Shown here in pieces: positions 60,761 through 64,000 of a DNA stretch of 64,000 nt (position 1 is the stretch's first letter; each line of letters begins with the position of its first letter). Origin of the DNA: Candidatus Binatia bacterium (lineage in GTDB: Bacteria > Desulfobacterota > Binatia > Bin18); assembly GCA_963666315.2 (NCBI GenBank), contig CAXXHG010000021.1:64001-128000 (forward strand). The letters run 5' to 3'. A model generated the notes under the pieces. That model had not been told where the DNA came from, did not search any database, and was given only the letters and a program-made list of their open reading frames with translations. The position numbers and the translations under genes were made by a program.

Positions 60761-63653
60761 TCAACCTGCTCGGAATGCGGCGCAGCTGGCGCAGGAGCCG
60801 GCGGGAGGGGCGGGGGGAGCCGTAGCCTCAGGCAGGAGGCGCTCTAGCGTTTTAAAGAAGATTTCAGCCTTGAGGGGTTTTGAGATGTAGTCGTCCATCC
60901 CGGCAGTAAGACAGCGTTCTTTGTCGCCCGTCATTGCGTGCGCCGTCATAGCGATGATTGGAATATGTGTCTGCGTCGTCCGTTCCTTGAGACGAATGGC
61001 AGCCGTGGCCGCAAGACCATCCATCTCCGGCATCTGTACATCCATTAACACCAAATCAAAGGGGTGTTGCTCCCAGGCCGCCAGCGCTTCCCGACCAGTC
61101 ATAGCCACCCTGACCGTATGGCCCCACTTTTCCAACAATCGTACGGCCAATTTCTGGTTGACGGCGTTGTCCTCTGCCAACAAGGTGCGCAGGGCGCGTT
61201 GATTCTTCCGGCGGCGCGGTTTGCCGTCCGCCTGTTCTCGTCTGCCGGTGTCAGTACGGAGTGCGTGCAAGATGGCTTGGAGTAGTTCGGCAGGATTGAT
61301 CGGCTTGATCACCTGAATCGTAATTCCTAGTTCCTGGCAACGGGTCCGCTCACCTCGCTGGTCGACTGAGGTCAGCATCGTGATGGTCGTCCCCACCGGT
61401 GCTTGTGTCTGCCGAAGCTGCTGCACTACTGCAAATCCATCCCTCCCGGGCATCTGGGCATCGGTGAGAATCAACGGGAACGGCTGCCCCGCTTCCTGGG
61501 CCTGGCGTATCAGCACGAGGGCTTCTTGGGCGCTGTCAGCGACCACAGGCTGCATCTGCCGGGTCTGGAGCAGATCGATGAGCATACGTCGGCTGGTCGC
61601 ATTGTCATCGACGACGAGCATCTTCATTCCTCGTAGTGTTTGGGGTGGCACCGGTGGGCCTTTGGTTGAGACCGGCCCTTTTGTCAGCCGCACCCTAAAA
61701 TGAAATGTTGACCCTTTGCCCACTGTACTTTCTAGTCCGAGTTGGCCGCCCATCAATTCTACCAATTGCCGCGATATGGTCAGACCGAGACCGGTGCCCC
61801 CATATTTTCGAGTGGTCGAAGTGTCGGCCTGAGAGAAAGGGGCAAAAATAGTGTCTTGTTTGTCAGGCGCAATGCCGACACCGGTATCTTGCACTGTAAT
61901 CTGTAACAGAGACACGTTCGGGTTCTCGACGCTCGTCCCGGTACTCCTGGCCTCGACGACTATTTCCCCCTGTTTGGTAAACTTGATGGCATTGCCCACC
62001 AAGTTTACGAGGACCTGCCGCAGCCGGATAGGATCTCCTCTCAGCCTGTCTGGGACCTCGGGCCGCACGTCAACGAGCAGTTCGAGCCCTTTCTCGTGGG
62101 TCCGTAGCGCCAGAGTTTTCATGGTTTCGTGGATAGTCTCGCGCAGACTGAAATCGACCTGTTCCAAGTCGAGCTTATGCGCTTCTATCTTGGAGAAATC
62201 TAAGATATCGTTGATTACCGACAAGAGCACCTCGGCCGAACTCCCGCTTGTCTGCGCATAGTCGCGCTGCTCGGCGGCCAGCTCCGTTTCCAACAACAGC
62301 TGGACCATGCCCATCACCCCATTCATCGGGGTTCTGAGTTCGTGACTCATATTGGCCAAAAATGACGATTTGGCACGGTTTGCCGCTTCGGCCACTTCTT
62401 TGGCTTGCCGCAACGCCTCTTCCGCCCGGGCACGCTCAATCGCCAGTGCCGCTTCGTTGCCCAGCAGTTGAAGAAATTGAATTTCTCTTTCGGTGCTGTC
62501 TCTCTTGATGCTATAGCTCACCGCAAACATGCCTACGGCTTCATCCCCACTTATCAGAGGAACGACCCAGATAGTCTTTATGAATGCATATTCTTTCTGC
62601 AGACGTGGGCTGACCAGAGGACTGTGGGCCAGGTCCGTTATCACGACGGGTTGCTTGGTCTGAAAGGCCTGGACAGCCGGAGCGGCCTCCTCCTGAGAAA
62701 AGCCTGCGCTATTTGCTCCGTAAGCGGCGACCCCTCTCAGCGCACTCTTCTCAGCGTCGACGAGCATGACGAATCCATGGTCGGCACCCAACAGATCCTG
62801 GGCACACCCAAAAAGATGATCGATAATGGTGCGAACATCGGAGGCACGAGCCAGGTTATGAGAGAGTTGGTGGAGGGCTTGGTGTTCCTGCTGCTGCCGG
62901 CGTTCCTGAGTGACATCGCGGGCAATGTTCATCACCCCGATTGGAGTCGGCCCCTCAAAGAATGCAAACGCATTGAGCGAGATCACCTTCTTCCCCTGCG
63001 GCGTAACAATTTCCAGCTCGTAGGGACCGTAGCTGCCGTCTCGGATAACCTGCTCCACCCGCTCCAGCGACTGGGTAAACTTACCAGGCAGAAGGATCTC
63101 AGTTGTCTGACCGATGATTTCTTCCTTATGAGAGAGACAGTATTTCGGCGAGCTTGTGGTTGACGGCGATAAAGCGGGCTTGGCGATTCATGAGAAAGAT
63201 CCCGTCGTTCGCATTCTCAAAGAGTTGCTCATAGCGGATCCGCTGGTCCTCTAAAGCCTCTTCAATGACGGTGGTGAGCAGCGTGTACGTTTCCTATTTA
63301 TAGCCGCGTACGCTTAAGGATAACTTCCTACCGTCGCCGTGGCGCTGGTAGTCGGGAAGCGTCGCTGTAAAGGGAGTCTCTTCCTGTTGTAAGCGGTCAT
63401 ACAAGGCATGCAGTCCATGATTTTCCAAGGCCGTATAGAATGTGGTGCGATAGTGCTTGCCGATGAGGTCTTCGGAGTTCAGGTGAGAATTTTTGCACTG
63501 ACTCGGGTTGACAGAGACAATGATTCCTTCTGCATCGATGACAAAGACTCCGAACGGAGCCGCCTCAAACATGGCGGAGAGGGTGTGTGGCAATTGTTGC
63601 ACTGGTGATGCTTCGGGCAGTCCCTACTGAAGCAGGACGATGTCTTTTCTCAT
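60761..63653 (-). pseudogene. Hybrid sensor histidine kinase (PAS-PAS-GAF-HisKA-HATPase-REC-REC), disrupted in the PAS region
   Basis: [29 protein letters not shown] and two receivers; upstream PAS coding is broken by TAG at 63294-63296 and a frameshift near 63130. Confidence 0.8.
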
Positions 63654-63729
63654 CGATTGTCATCACTCCTTATCGGTTGTTAGTCCTGGGTGTTTAAGAA
63701 GAGTCCAGGTGAAGCAGAGAATTGGGAAC

Positions 63730-64000
63730 TCATACTAGGCGTTTCGGTGATTGGATTTGGATATCCGCTCGCCGCTCGCCATACCAGAATTCCAACCCCT
63801 CCCGCCGTCGGAGGGCTTTTGGCCCTGTTCGAGCCAGATGGCCGATCAATCGAAAGGTCTCTCGTAGCGAGTATACGCGTAGCTTGCGGCCCGAGGTAAT
63901 GACCGATTCGCGCAGGATGACGAACTGCCCGCGTTTTCGTAGGGCCAGACTCAGAAAGACTTCTTCGGCAGCATAGCGAGACTCATCAAAGCCCCCGACG
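63730..64000 (-). CDS. Glycosyltransferase family 2, C-terminal part (runs off window end)
   Basis: VGGFDESRYAAEEVFLS...VITSGRKL...EGLEFWYGERR. Confidence 0.75.
   Translation of the reverse strand, partial: VGGFDESRYAAEEVFLSLALRKRGQFVILRESVITSGRKLRVYSLRETFRLIGHLARTGPKALRRREGLEFWYGERRADIQIQSPKRLV

Overview
A 64-kb bacterial window of moderately high GC, dominated by paralog-rich catabolic genes: 6 luciferase-like/LLM oxidoreductases, 3 AS-family amidases, 4 metal amidohydrolases, 3 CaiB/BaiF CoA-transferases, 2 crotonases and several alpha/beta hydrolases. This content suggests a Binatia/Tectomicrobia-like heterotroph (inference only). No rRNA, tRNA or multi-spacer CRISPR array was seen. The main accessory feature is a compact 5.5-kb tyrosine-integrase element (43738-49275). 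It is bounded by a perfect 20-bp direct repeat and sits in a divergent intergenic region rather than a tRNA. It carries a solitary CRISPR-like repeat with a leader-like flank, a perfect 40-bp palindrome, a secreted TPR protein and two paralogous secreted proteins with a shared N-terminal domain and different C-termini. Many selfish, defence and signalling genes are decayed and largely missed by the ORF track: yefM-yoeB, vapC, a PaeR7I-type restriction enzyme, a RAYT-like transposase, TolB-like, PDZ and TPR proteins, and a hybrid kinase. Several of these have in-frame TAG at probable Trp positions. Three families of REP/MITE-like intergenic repeats are present. All family calls come from motif recognition by eye, not database searches.
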